From NCBI RefSeq assembly GCF_009914755.1, contig NC_060946.1: 64,000 bases of DNA; one strand, 5' to 3'. The notes beneath the pieces were generated by a model. It did no database searches, had not been told where the DNA came from, and worked only from the letters and a program-made list of their open reading frames with translations. The position numbers and the translations under genes were made by a program. This document shows, piece after piece, positions 1 through 15,231 of the stretch. Source of the DNA: the human T2T-CHM13v2.0 reference genome, Homo sapiens. Position 1 is the stretch's first letter, and every line of letters begins with the position of its first letter.

Positions 1-1536
1 GCAATTGTTATTTTTCACATCGACGATGGGGAGGGAGTGTGCACTGCAGACCGAGCTGGGTAGGTGGCCCATAGTAGGCGCATGACTTAGCTGTCTGCTG
101 AGTCATGAATGAGGACGTAAGCCACATTTCCCAGGCGAGAGGGGATCTCTCTCCCTCTTCGTCTACTGGGCAGTCTGTTGATACCGTGGCCATGGCGGTT
201 CTAATTAGTTACCATTTATTAAAAACCTACTATGTGCTAGGCAGGCCCTGAGCTGCATCGTTTAGGTCCGTGAGCAATAATAAATGTGAACATTATTATG
301 CAGAGATAATAATTACATAAATGAGAGCTAATGTGGGTAGAGATAATTACAGAAGGGTAATTACCCAAATTAGAGATAATGTATGCCAAGCACATTGCAT
401 GGTATCTGGCACATAGTTGGTGCTTCATAAATGGAGACTACTATTATCAGGAATCCTCAGATAAGGCAGATATTATCATTACCACTTTATGGGTTGGGTA
501 TGACAGCACAGAGAGGTTACGTGGTTTCCTCAGGTCACACAGCTAGTAAAGACGGAGCACACACCGTAGCCTCCACTTCCACTGACTTGAACAGCTTTCG
601 GGGCACCAGCTGTGTGTCTCGGCAATGCAGCAGCGACACGGGAAGGCTCCCAGGCCTGTAGGGACTCAAAGTTCAGGAAGGGACACATAGCCATAAACAG
701 ACAGCCTGGCAAAATGTAAGCAAAGTCCTGTGGCTTGGAGGGTGAGTTGAGGAGGTAGAGGGGAACTAGATTTATCTCCGTGAATTATGGAAATATCCCT
801 GAGAAGGTGACATCCAGAAGGAATCTTGAAGAGTGCCAGTTGCCCGGAGTTAATGGGAGAAAAGTGTCGTGAGCAAAGGATTCAAGCAGTGATGACAGTG
901 ACCATTAGGCATGAAATGAATGCTCTGAATCACAGCATCAATTACAACCATCTGCCCCACATTGTTGGTGTTGGAGGAAAGAAGGAGGTTGCACCAACTT
1001 GGGATGAGTCAGGAGCCCTCAGGCTAAACCTTCTTCACACCCCAAATGCCTCCCTAACCCACCACGTATCCCTCCCAGCTCCATCAGAAATCTGCCTCTT
1101 CCTCTAAAAACACAACTGAACAGAAACTTTTAAACCCTAAGGGCCTTTTCATATTGCTGTCCTCTCACTCTCTCTCATTCGTTCTCTCTCCACACCCCTT
1201 CCCCAACTCTCAAAATAAATTACGGAAAGGAGAATAAGGGAACTAACATTGGTGAAGGCATCGTAGAATAGAAGATCCGAGAGGGGCCCCAAGTGGGCAG
1301 GTAACTTAGCAAGTATCACACAGCAAGAGAGGACCAGAAAGACAACTTGCTTGTGGCCACAAGAGCTCAGCACGGGGGCCACAACCTTGAAGATGCCTTG
1401 CAGCCAAGGAGACATAAAAGCGCCTAGAGTCAAAAAGAGGTGCATGTAAGTGCATCCTGATGTTCACCAGCTCTGTGGCCTCAGGCAGATTATTGAAGGT
1501 GCTGGTGCCTGCACCCACAATGGGATATTTTGTTCA

Positions 1537-1908
<372 letters not shown>

Positions 1909-2028
1909 TTAAAATAACAGATAACATAAGGTTTCTGACACAAGATAGGCAGATAACCATAGTTAACACTACTTTTACCCCTACTATATCCCAGACTTTA
2001 TGCTAAATACTGGCACACATTATCTCAT

Positions 2029-2316
2029 TGATGATGATGATGATGATGATGATAAAGACCAACAGCTGACATTCATTGAGTACTTACAATGTGCCAGTCT
2101 TTACATGCTTTTTTTACCTATAGTAACTCATTTCACTCTCCAATGCAATATCAGTACCCTATGCAATATCTACATCACGTCAGTGTGACTACTCCTTTGT
2201 ACAGATGAAGAAACTGAGGCTGAGAGAGATGAAACTGCTTGCCCAAGGTCACACAATTAGGATGTGGCCAAGTCAGGACTTGAACCCAGGTCTCTAAGAC
2301 CAAAGCCAGTTTTTAA

Positions 2317-2369
<53 letters not shown>

Positions 2370-2371
2370 CA
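2029..2371. repeat. (GAT)n microsatellite (~2029-2052), MIR fragment (~2190-2310) and (CA)n microsatellite (~2318-2371)
   Basis: Direct reading; MIR core ACAGATGAAGAAACTGAGGCT. Confidence 0.85.
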
Positions 2372-3084
2372 AACGGTAGGGAAGTGCTCCACATGAGAGA
2401 AATTCCGAGCTCCATCTTACAGAAGAAGAAACTGAGGCTCAAAGTGTTTCCTGCTCCCCGTTTCCTGGACATCTACTGCGAACATACATCCATCTCTGCA
2501 GGGAAAAAGTCTCAATCAGGCTCCAGCGTGCCTTCCTTTGCTCCTCTGCAGAGTTCCCAACATTGCTCCCTGTTTATGAGCCCCAGCACAGTTCTCTAAC
2601 CAGGAAATAAAAGGGCCTAATAACAAACCCAGGTAACCATATGATTGATAGCTGCAGAACAGTCCTCTTCAGCTGCTGCCAACCTGTTCTGTGCTAAGTT
2701 AATTCCAAGCCCTAAAAATTAAGTGCCTTGTCCAGAGGCACTTCAGTTCTTCAAACAGAGATATAGCTGCTTTGGACTGTAAGAATTCTACCTGAGAGCC
2801 AGGAAAGGAGGAGAGAGATTCAGGAGTTGAGGACAACGTTAGCCCTGGGAGAATAGATTTCCAGATATCAGCAAAAATCACAGGAGAAATGGCCACGACA
2901 AAAATAAAACTGGCTGAACTCAGATCTTCTGGCCCATTAGCAAGAGGAGACAGGATTTCCCTGGAGCCAAAAGTTCGAAGGAATTAGAGAAGGAGCAGAA
3001 AATTTCATAGAGCCCAAATTCCATTATGTTGCAAATGAGGAAACTGAGGCCCAGAGATGGGAAGAGATTGCCCCAAGACCACTC

Positions 3085-3550
3085 TATCAGTCAGCTATTG
3101 CTGTATAACAAACCACCCCAAATTCACTGGCATAAAACAGCAGGCATGTATTTCTGTTCACGAGTCTAGAGATCAGCGTTGTGCTTCTGGTCTTAGCTGG
3201 GCTCGCAGGTGGGTCTATGGGCAGCCACTGGCCTTCTTCATGTATTTGGGGATGGGTTGGCTGTCGTGGTCTAGGTGGGCATAGACTGGGATTGACATAG
3301 ACACGCATCTCTGCTCCATGTGCCTCTCATCCTCCAATTGCTAGCTTGGGCTTGTTCCCATGGTGATTGGCCAGAGTTTCAAGAAAGGAAGAAGATGCAT
3401 TCAAGGCCTCTTGAGCCCACACTAGGAAGTGGCACAGCCGCACGTCTGCCATATCCTATGGCAAGCTACAAAGCAAGGGCCAACCCAGAGGTATGGTGTG
3501 GATACAGAGAGGGGCCAAGCTTTGGGATCATTTTTGCCCTCAAGCTACCA
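3085..3550 (-). mobile_element. MLT1-family (ERVL-MaLR) LTR remnant
   Basis: TATCAGTCAGCTATTGCTGTATAACAAACCACCCCAAA resembles a reverse-strand MLT1 end. Confidence 0.55.
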
Positions 3551-4172
3551 TGACCATAGAAGAGTGGAGATTAGAACTCAGGTCTCCTGGTCCCAGCCCA
3601 AAGCTCCAAATGATATTACTGTGTACAATGATCCTATGAGATCTGAGCATCATTATCCCCATTTTACAGACGAGGAAACCGAGGCTCAGAGAGCTGAAGG
3701 AACTTGTGTAAAATCTCACAGCTAGGAAGAATAAGAGACAAGATTTGCACCTAGGGCTTGGTGCCTGGCATATAGAAGACTCAGAAAATGTTTCTTTCCC
3801 TACATGATGCTTTCAGCCTGTGGGAGACACTCTGGAAAGATCTTGAATTCCTTCAGGGACAGGAAAAAGCCTTCACCTACAGTAAGAAGTCTTGGGTTCT
3901 AGTCTCAATTCTTTCACTGAGTGGCTGTGTGACCTTGGATAAAGTCACCCCACTTCTCTGGACCTCGGTTTCTTTCATCTTTCAAATGAAAATAACAATG
4001 GTACCCATCTCTTCGAGTTCCTGAGATGATGAAATCATACCATGTGCAGAAGCACTTGGCAAGGGCTTAGTACATTACACACACTCAACAATTTAATTGG
4101 CAGCTGTGATGACGATTAATCCCTTCCATGGCCCATGGTCCTGTGTACAAACTGAGCTCCTTTGCACGATCA

Positions 4173-4211
<39 letters not shown>

Positions 4212-5458
4212 TCCCTCTGAGCTTGCAGTTTGAGTGTTACAGTAGGAATGAAGAGAATCCATACACAGGTCCTACCCAGGTATCCCACCTGACTGATTAG
4301 CTTCCTCTCCCCCACGATTTGCAGGGGATTGTGGTGGTAACTTGGAAACACAAGCACCAGGGTTAGGTCCTCCACCAACACATGCCCATGTTCTGCTCCT
4401 TGGCCACGCCACGCTCTTCTCGCCTTGGTGACTGCAAGAGCCTACTTGGGAGGGGACCTGCTGTCTGTCTGAGCTGGACATTGCCTTGTCGGTGCACCCC
4501 TACAAGCTCAAGGCATTCGAATGCAATTAGACCTGACATCTTAGGGAGACACGACTGCTTGTTTTACGAGTCCCTGACATGCGCTGTCCTCCTGAACTTA
4601 CTATTCGACAAGTGTTTATTGAGCGCATACCATGTGGCTAGAGTTGCATCCAATTATCAGAGGTCTGGAGATGACAATCATCACTCACATGGATTACTGT
4701 GGTGCCAAAATACTCACGTGCCCTTACCTTTGTGCCAAGCTCTGTTCTGAGCACGTTACCTCTTAGTTAATTCTCAAAGCAACCTAGGAGAGTCACACGA
4801 TTTGTTCTCCATGTAATAGATGAGGACAGTGATCCTCCTCCGAGGGGTGAAATGGCTTGCCACTTAGACCCAGGAGTGCCAGCCTCACACCCCTCATCAC
4901 CCCTCAACCCTGCTTCACAGAGTAGAATCGACTTCATCCTGAAGGCAGCCAGCCTCCCTTGAGAGCTGAGCAGGCAAGCAGTGTAGTCAGACCTGCTGTT
5001 TAGACAGCACCCCTGGGAGGAAGGCAGAGGTGGGCCGAGGTGGCAGGAAGCCAGGCAGGAGGCAGAGGGGCAGCAGCATTGGCTTGGCATGGTCCTGTGA
5101 TGGCCGAGGCCTGGGGAAGCCCCTGCAAACCCCTCTGGGGCCTTCCGGGGAGAAGCTGGGACAAGCCCTCCAGGTTTCAAAGTTCGTTTTTCTTGGAGGA
5201 GTTCCCACGCCAGGCGGGGACGGCCCCTGCGTGGAGTTTCCTGGGGGTGTTCTGGCCGCTCGGATTGGCCACGCCAGGGCTTTCGCCAGGGGAGGCCTTC
5301 GAGAATATGTGCACGATGCGGACGCAGAATGGCAGGAAGCGGCGACCCCAGCCACTGCCAGCTTCTGCTGGGAGAAGCTCTGTCAACTCTTCCTCCAGCA
5401 ATGCAGAGCCCCGGCCCACCGCCCTCTGCACACGTGCGTGTCTGTGTGTGTGTGGCAG

Positions 5459-5995
5459 TATATACCACACACCACACACACACCACACAACGCTATACAC
5501 ACCACACACCCTAACACACACCACACACACACACCACCCCACACATACCACACACACATGACACTACACACACCACACACACCCCCACACACACACCACA
5601 CACATGCCACACATGCCACACCACATGACACTACACACACCATACACACACCACATACACACCACACACACACACGCACAAACCACACATATGACACTAC
5701 ACACACCACACACCATACACACACACCCCTCACACACACCACATGACACTACACACACCACACACGCCACACACCCCACGACACTACACACACACACCAC
5801 ACACCATACACACACCCCACACACACACCACATGACACGACACATGCCACACATGCCACACACACCACATGACACTAAACACACACCACACGCACCACAT
5901 GACACACCACGCCCACACCACATGACACTACACACACCACACACACCCACACACACCACACGCACATGCGCCACACACTACACAAACACACATAC
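5459..5995. repeat. Complex CA-rich low-complexity/VNTR tract
   Basis: (CA)n and CACAC runs punctuated about 9 times by ATGACAC(TA). Confidence 0.9.
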
Positions 5996-7269
5996 TGCCA
6001 CATACACATCCGACCTCACCAGCTGATCAAGCTTCCCTCAAGGTGAGCTCTCGCACCCTGACTTAGATGTCCCGGAATGTAGAGGGCCCTGGGTTCCACT
6101 CCGTGTTTTATAAACCTGGGGAAGCTTACATCCAGAAAAAGGAAGCAATGTGGGCAGTGCCACAGAGGAAATTCATGGAAGGGCCACAGATGCCATCTGG
6201 GGTCACCCCTAAGTCTGGAAAACTCAGGCCTCAGCAGCCTATTTCTAAAGCCTTGTATTCCCCAGATCAACCCCTTCCTTGCTATTGAGTGGGGAAATGG
6301 GGAAAGTGTGTGGGTCCAACCTTCTCCACAGAGGGAAGCATGCAGTGGCTTGGTCATGGCCATTGTTAATGGACTTTTTTACAATTTGTGGATTCTGCGA
6401 TTTGCATCTGGGGAAACTGAGACCCGGGTTGGGAAGCCTCTTGTCCAGTCACAGGTCAGAAAGGTGGCAGCATAAGTGCCCTTTACTGAGGTCTCGTCAC
6501 ACCAGGATTTGTTGCCACGCCGCCCTTGCCCCTCAGCAGGGTGCCTAGTTCCTTATAAATAGTTTTTGTAATAGAGGAAAAATGCTCTTGTAGTGGAATT
6601 CCTGGCATTAATTGTTATTTACAGCTGTCAACAATATTATCCCCATTTTACAGGTGGGAACACTGAGGCTCAGAGAGGCTAATCTGCTTCAAGGTCCTGC
6701 AGCTAGAATTTGAACCTGTTCTCTTAATGCTGCCTCTTGTGCTGGAGGTGAAACACCAGGGTAGTTAAGGACAGCCGTCTTTGTAGGCAAAGCAGCCGGG
6801 GAGCTGTTGGGTTTTCCTGGTCATGGTGCTAGGTGTAAAACGTTATCGGTGACCTTGCCAGAGCCTCGCCCACTGCCTTCGGAAATGGCTCAGTCCAGAG
6901 ATGTGGAAATGAGAAACTGCTTGAGCTGCCCGTGGGGCAGGCCCAGGGGGACGGCAGGCCGAGAGCAGGAATCTCTTTCCTACTCTTTTTCTCTTTGGGA
7001 ATAAGAGGGAAATTGAGAAAAGGGAGAAAGGAGGAGGAGATGGAGAAAAGGAAGAAAAGAAGAAAGGCCATGGAAACTGGGAGCCTCTCTGAAGTCAGGG
7101 CTGGGTCTCATTCAGGCTGCAAACTCCAGGTCTGTGGCTCTCAGTCCTGGCTGCCCAGGAGAACCCCCTGGGAATGGGAGTTTTAAGTGACACTAATTCC
7201 CAGTCTCCACCCCCAGGGTTTCTGATGGCCTGATTTGTCTGGAGTACAACCTGGGATCAGGAGTTTTTA

Positions 7270-7870
<601 letters not shown>

Positions 7871-9435
7871 TTAATTGGGTTTCACTGGGCCAAAGGCCCC
7901 TCGACAATTCTGTGTTGCTGAGAGGTGCCTGGCAAGGTTGTGCTGCATCTGAAATGAGCACAGAGGCCTTAGGACCTGGGTCTTTGGGGCTCAGTTTACT
8001 CCTCTATGGGATTCATAATGTTTTTTCTCTGACCACCTGACTGTGTGGGTGAGGGGATCAGATGAGAAAATAGATACAAAACAACTTTAAACATGTCCCT
8101 TCTAAGGCCTTCAAAAAAAACTATAAATATTTTATCAAAGTTTTATTGCATACAACGGAATTTACAGGTTTTGATTCTTGTTTTTCCTTTCTTTAGATCC
8201 TATGATTTATTTCATCACTATCTCTACTGTTCCATAAAGATCTTGCCTGAAGGGCAAGATAGTGTTTTCTTAGGAAAGTCACTTAATTCCTCTGAGCCTC
8301 AGTTTCCTCATCTGGAAAATGGACATAAATTTGCCGTCATTCCTTCATTTAAGTGAACTTTATTTCACCTGTGCCAAGCCCTGGGTGGGCTCCAGGGATT
8401 GGGGTGAAGACATGTGCCTTCAGGGAGCCGACACAGGCAGATGAAGGTTGCTGGTCTGTTGCTCAGGCTTTGTCTTCCAACGACGTCTGTTTGGATTCCG
8501 GCTCTGCTATATAACCAGCTGCTTGAGCTTAAGCGTGTTTCCTCACCTCTGGGCACCTCAGTTGGCTTATCTGTGAAATGGGTGTGAAGAGTCGTACTTA
8601 CAGGGTTAGTCCGAGGATAAGATGAAATGGTGCATGTAAAGTGCCTTGAAAAGCCACTTGAAAACCTTAGCTAGTTATTACATAGCTGTAAATGCAGGGT
8701 GGACAGAGGGATCCTGAGGAATTAGCAAGGTGTTTTCTAGCAGAGAAGAGAGGAGAGGGCTTTCCAGGTAGAGAGACTAGCATGAGCTAAGGCATGAAAG
8801 ATGGAGGCTTTAAGGGTCTAGGAGCTGCAAGGGGCTTGGTGTACTGGATGTTTGAGACAGCAAGAGATGGGCTGAGACCCAGCTGTGGACTTCCTGGGAG
8901 GTCAGGCTGAGAAACTGGACTTTAGTCTGTGGGCTAATTTTTGCGGTTTCCACAGTCCAATTCTATTACCAGCTACTTCTTTTTGTGTTACCGTTTTCGT
9001 TTTCCCGAAACTGCGTGTAAATTGGCTTGCCTTTTTCACTTGGCTTACTCCAGCCAAAATAATGTCCATGAAATTAGAAGTTTAATGTGCAAACCATATA
9101 TTTATATATTTTTCTAATTTGCATTTAAAGAAATGCATAAACGTTAGACATTTCAAAGTATGTTTGCCTACCTAAAATTGTCCTGTGAATGAGGCTCGAA
9201 AAAGCCTTTTAAAGGCAAGATTTCTAAGCCAAGGGTCAAACGTTTGTTTAGAAAGGAATAAGGAAAAGAAAGGTGGCTTGCTCATCATGTCTTTCTATGC
9301 CCTCTCCGGAATATTGACTCTAGCTCAATAGTTACCAACCTCACCTACCACCTGCTCCCCACATCCAGGCTCCTGATTGGTTGGGGTAAAAAGGGCACCT
9401 GCTGGGGAAGTCAGCCCATTCCATGCTTAGGCATA

Positions 9436-9469
9436 CACTGCCCTCTGCAGGTGAGCAGCAGGATTACAT
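9436..9469 (-). promoter_or_regulatory. CTCF motif with upstream module
   Basis: Minus strand TGTAATCCTGCTGCTCACCTGCAGAGGGCAGTG. Confidence 0.55.
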
Positions 9470-9954
9470 AACCAGAGATGGGTTCGCTGGTCTGTGTCAG
9501 ATTCTAATTTGCATTCTATCCTCACCTCTTCCACTCTCTAGACCCCAGTGAAAGCAATGAGGGTCCCTTAGGCTGTTTTTATCCTTTTTGAAGAGGTACT
9601 ACATTCATACGATTCAAAATTCAAAAGTACAAAAAGGTCTACTGTGAAAATTGAGTTTCCCATCCTTCCCCAGCAAACAGCCCCCTCTCTGGCTCTCCTC
9701 CCTAGAGGCAATTACTTTCTTATGTATCTTACATATCCTTCCCCAGATCTTTCTAAATATTTCAAAAACCATAACAGAAAGCTTTTATCTATCAAAATTA
9801 AGCCACCCAGACTAAGTAACTAGATTAACACTGATTTTATTGCAAACTCTGTTATACCTGATCGATAATAACCATGAACAAAACACAAAGAACATTCGTT
9901 ACCAAGAAATGTAAAATGTTAGGGAGACAAAATCTTTTTAAAACAAGAAGTCTG

Positions 9955-11003
<1,049 letters not shown>

Positions 11004-12354
11004 TGAATATTTAATTTGTGTTTTTTTATTCATGTTTTCTGACACAAGACTCAATCGGAACACACTTCTTGAAAACGTGTGTATGTGGCTTTCATGGGCT
11101 GTTGTATAAAATGGTGGTTCAGATCTCAAGCTTTGGCATCAAAAGACGTAGGTTTGAATCTTGACCTTCCTGGTTGAGCCTCAGTTTCCTTATCTGTATA
11201 ATGGAGCAAGTCTTACTTTGTGAGGTTGTTTGAATGCTTGATACTTGGCGGACAGCACTGTTGTTATTCAAAAGCTAAATGTGGGTCCTGGGAAATGCTT
11301 TCCCATTCAAAAGCTATCCAATGGGACCAGTGTTTCCACTGCCCTGAGAAAGGGAGGATTTAAAGAAGCAGCCAGAAGTGGTAACACTAAATGGCATGTC
11401 CACAAATGGCTGCTCAGGCCCTTGAAGGGGCTGCAGAATGTGCCCAGAGCAGGGTCAAGGTGGGGAAGGAGAGGAGGCTAGACAAGCTGGACAAGCCAGC
11501 GGGTTGGCTTTGGAGTGGCCTCTCAGGCATGCAGGGTGTCAGGTGGCATTGGACTTGACTCTAGTGACCTACATATCCAAGAAGGATCAAGGCATGGCCA
11601 ACAAGAAGCCCTAGAGGCAGGCGGGGCAGAAATCCCTTGAGGCAGCCTCCCTCTGATATCAAAGTTTTCAACTTAACCCTGGGGAGCATGCTGAAAGCAG
11701 CCAGGGCACTGGCTGAGAGGAGTCCCCTTCCCAAGGTTGGAGCAGGGAAGAGTCCAGTCGGGGTTAGGGTCCTAGGTAGGAATTGGGGTCAAAGCCACAG
11801 TCTACTCTGTGCAAGATCTGAGCCCGAAACCTGGCCCTATGCCCTGAGCTGGCACTGATTCACCCGAGACACACACTCAGCATGGTGCTGAGCACTAGGG
11901 ATACAGCCAGCAGTGAGTGAGACATGGGAGGGCCTCAGGGAGCTCCTGATCTGCAGCAGATGAGCATCCCCAGACCAATGGGGCCCCAAGTAATGACTGA
12001 GCTCCATAAGGAGGGTGAGCACAAGGGCTGCAGGCCAGACCAGGAGGGGATGCTGGGGGCTCTGTGCAATAGTGAATCATGGAAGGCTGAAACTAAGGGG
12101 TGGGTAGGAGTTTCCCAGGTGGAGAATTCAGAGCACAGGGAAGGGAATGTGAAAAGTCCCAGAGGTCACCAAGAGCATCGTGCTTTGGAAAGACTGATGA
12201 GCAATGCAGTCTGGTTGGAGGTAAAACAATGGCTTGGAAGAGAGAGAGAGTCAGAAATGAGGCGGCAGGGACGGGGCAGGCGGCAATGCAAAAGATAGAC
12301 CTATAGAGCCTTGAGACTAGGGTTAAAAGTTGGCACTCTATCCTAAGATGTTTC

Positions 12355-12790
12355 TTTTTTTTAATTGAGGTGAAATTCATACAACATACAATTAGTCATT
12401 TTAACATATACAATATATATATCTACATATGTGATACATTTACAATATTGTGCAACCAATACTTGTATCTAGTGCCAAAACATTTCCATCACCCCAAAAA
12501 CAAATTCCATACCGATTAAGCAATTGTTCCGCATTCTTCTCCTCACCCCCTAACCCTTGATAACCACCCATCTGCCTTCTCTCTCTGTGGATTTCCCTAT
12601 TCTGGATATTCCTTATAAATGGAGTGATTCAACAGGTGGCTTTTCGTGGCTGGCTTCTTTCACTGCATGTCATGTTTCCGAGGTTCACCTGTGCTGCGGC
12701 GTGGGCCAGTGCTGCATTCCTTTTTATGGCTGAATAATAACTCCGCTGCACAAATAGACCGTATTTTGCTTATTCATTGATCTGTTGAGG
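12355..12790 (-). mobile_element. Old L1M 3'-end fragment
   Basis: TTTTTAATTGAGGTGAAATTCA...TTTTTATGGCTGAATAA, typical of antisense L1MB/L1MC 3'UTR. Confidence 0.75.
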
Positions 12791-14919
12791 GAGCAGATCT
12801 GATTTACCTTCTGGAAAGATTCATCTGGCTGCTAAGGGGAGGAGTATCAGGGCCAGGTGAGGATGAAGTCAGGAAACCACCGAGGTGCTGTCCAACTGCC
12901 CAAGAGAAAGGTGATGATGGTCTGAGGATAGCCTGCGACAGTGACCAAGAAGAAAGAGGTGGATGTAGAGGGGGAGATGGGAGCTGAGATCTTCTGCCAG
13001 GAGCTCACACTTTGTGCCTGTGGAAAGCCTTTCACTCTGGCACCTGAGAAGGGCCAGAGTGGGCAGGGTCTGGTCTTGGGAAGCTTTGTGGTCCTACAGG
13101 ATTCTCCCAGAAGGGATCCTGCCACTCCCAGTCACAGTCAGACCAAGCCTGCCTGCCTGCCAGCATCTCTCCATCTCCCCTTCATCCTGGAGTCAAACTG
13201 CCATCCCGTTTTCCTAGCGCCTCCTTGGATCGTATCTAGCTGACATCTCAATTCAGACCTCAGCGGAAAACCACACTCTGCCCTGTGGCTCTCCCTGCAG
13301 TGAACTCAACACATTTTCATCTCGGTTGCTTACAAAGGTCCGATTCCAGGGATGCTAGATGCACTTGGTAAATACATGGATGAGCAAGTGAAAATGTAAG
13401 CTCCTCTTTGCATTGAGGGGAAAAAACTAAATTGCCAAACTCTGTGTACATAATTGGAACCAGTCTGTCAAAAAAGATTCAGAAGAATGAGGCAGAGAGT
13501 AACTTGATTATTTCTCCCAGTGACCCTTCAGGCACATCCTATATTATTTTTTTCCTCTGGGTGAAAGCTGCGTTTTCATAGGTCTTCTGGTCACAATAAG
13601 TGCAGTCCAGTCTGAAAATCTTATAACCCTAAGTATCATTCATTTTGAAACTTCATCCCTCCCTCAACTGTGCTCCTCTGGCTGGGAATTTTGCAAAGGG
13701 CATGGGAGGTAAGGGAATAGGAGACTCTAACTTGGCTACACTGTTATGTTATAGAATATATAGAATGCTGATTTTTTTTCTGTCTTTAATAGGATATTAA
13801 ATGTGTGAAAGTCTCCTGAGCACAGCTGCTCTTAACTTTCCCTTTTGCTGGGGTTCTATCACCCTTTCAGTAGGAAGCCACTTTTAAGGAGACCTATAGT
13901 TGGCTTCTGCCTGCAAGGTTCACAACTAGACCCAGGAAACATATATCATATCCCTACTGTCATCAGTGATGGGATGCTCACTGTCAATATCTGCTTTTAT
14001 TCTCCTTGCTCTGACCAGAGGCAGGCAGGCATCCCCAGTCTGATTTTATCATTTCTTTTGGTGAGCATCAAATCCAGCTACTGTTATCCAAGCCACAAAA
14101 GAAAGACACCTGCCAAGTCACCAAGAGTTCCCTTGAAGCCCTCCTCACTAGGCTTAATGTGAGGGTGATACACATTCGACCCTCCCTCCTATGATGCCCC
14201 ACAGTGACCACTCCCCTCAAGGCAGTCCTTCCTGCCAGCCTCCTCAATGGCCAGTGCCTTCTTTTCCTTCTCTTATATAAGCTAGAGGTGGGAAGAAGGG
14301 CTCAGACTGGAATAGCTGCATCGATGTTAGTAGATGATGCCATTGGTACTCTGTCTAAGCCGTGCAATACTTGCCACCATGTGCCCATAATGACTTCCTA
14401 CTGCAAGGCCCTTCCCACTTCTCCAGCATTTATCTGATGCCATGTGGTCACATGGGCAAGCCAGAAGTTCTAGGGACTCAACACATCCAGGAGCAGCCCT
14501 CAGTCAATAAAGGATGGAAACTGGAGGATAAATACCCCAGCTCCTTCTCCCTATGGATGTGTTCTGCACCATCTCTAAAATTCCTGCAGGACTGAACCCA
14601 AAATGCACAGTGAAACCTGCTCATCAATCCCCTCTTCGTTGAGTCCTTCCCTTCTTCTTGTCTCATTTCCCCACCAGTGCTGCCTGGGATGGCCTCCCAG
14701 ACAAGCCAGACTTCAAAAGGCATTTGTATGTTTGCTTGATCTCTGCATCTGGAGAATCCAAATGCAATCAACAGCCAAGTATCTCTCTTTGGAAAGTGGA
14801 AATCCACTGCACCTATTGTCTTGTTCTTAGCTTAGGGAGACACTGCTAAAATTTCAGAACAACAGAAGAAATTGCATTTAATGGTCTGTTGCACACCGTT
14901 TACAATGTGCATTTATATA

Positions 14920-15125
14920 AGTCATGGTTTCTCGAGTTTAGCCCTGTTGACATTTTGGACTAGATACTTTTTTGGGTTGAGGGGCTGTCTTGTGCACTGT
15001 AGTATGTTTAACAGCATCCCTGGCCTCCACTCACCCATGGTACCCACCTAGTTAGGAAAAATATGTTTCCAGACATTGCCAAATGTCACCTGTGAGGAAA
15101 ACTGCCCCTAGTTGAAAACCACTGA
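14920..15125. mobile_element. MER20-like hAT MITE
   Basis: TGGTTTCTC...GACATTTTGG...AGCATCCCTGGCCTC...CAGACATTGCCAAATGTC...TTGAAAACCACTG. Confidence 0.75.
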
Positions 15126-15171
15126 CATAAATCATCTGATGTCATTTGGCATAAACAGAAATCCAAAGAAG

Positions 15172-15231
15172 GATGATGGTGGTGATGATGATGATGACGA
15201 TAGTGATGATGGTGATGGTAACGATGATGAT
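15172..15231. repeat. (GAT/GGT)n degenerate trinucleotide repeat
   Basis: Direct reading; source of the poly-His ORF 15086..15499. Confidence 0.85.

Noticed and set aside
4767-6026. Long ORFs (238-239 aa; His/Thr- or Cys/Val-rich)
   Set aside because: Produced by GC-rich and CA-repeat sequence lacking stops in several frames; no domain or splice support
12884-12900. GGTGCTGTCC RE1 half-site
   Set aside because: Partner half-site absent
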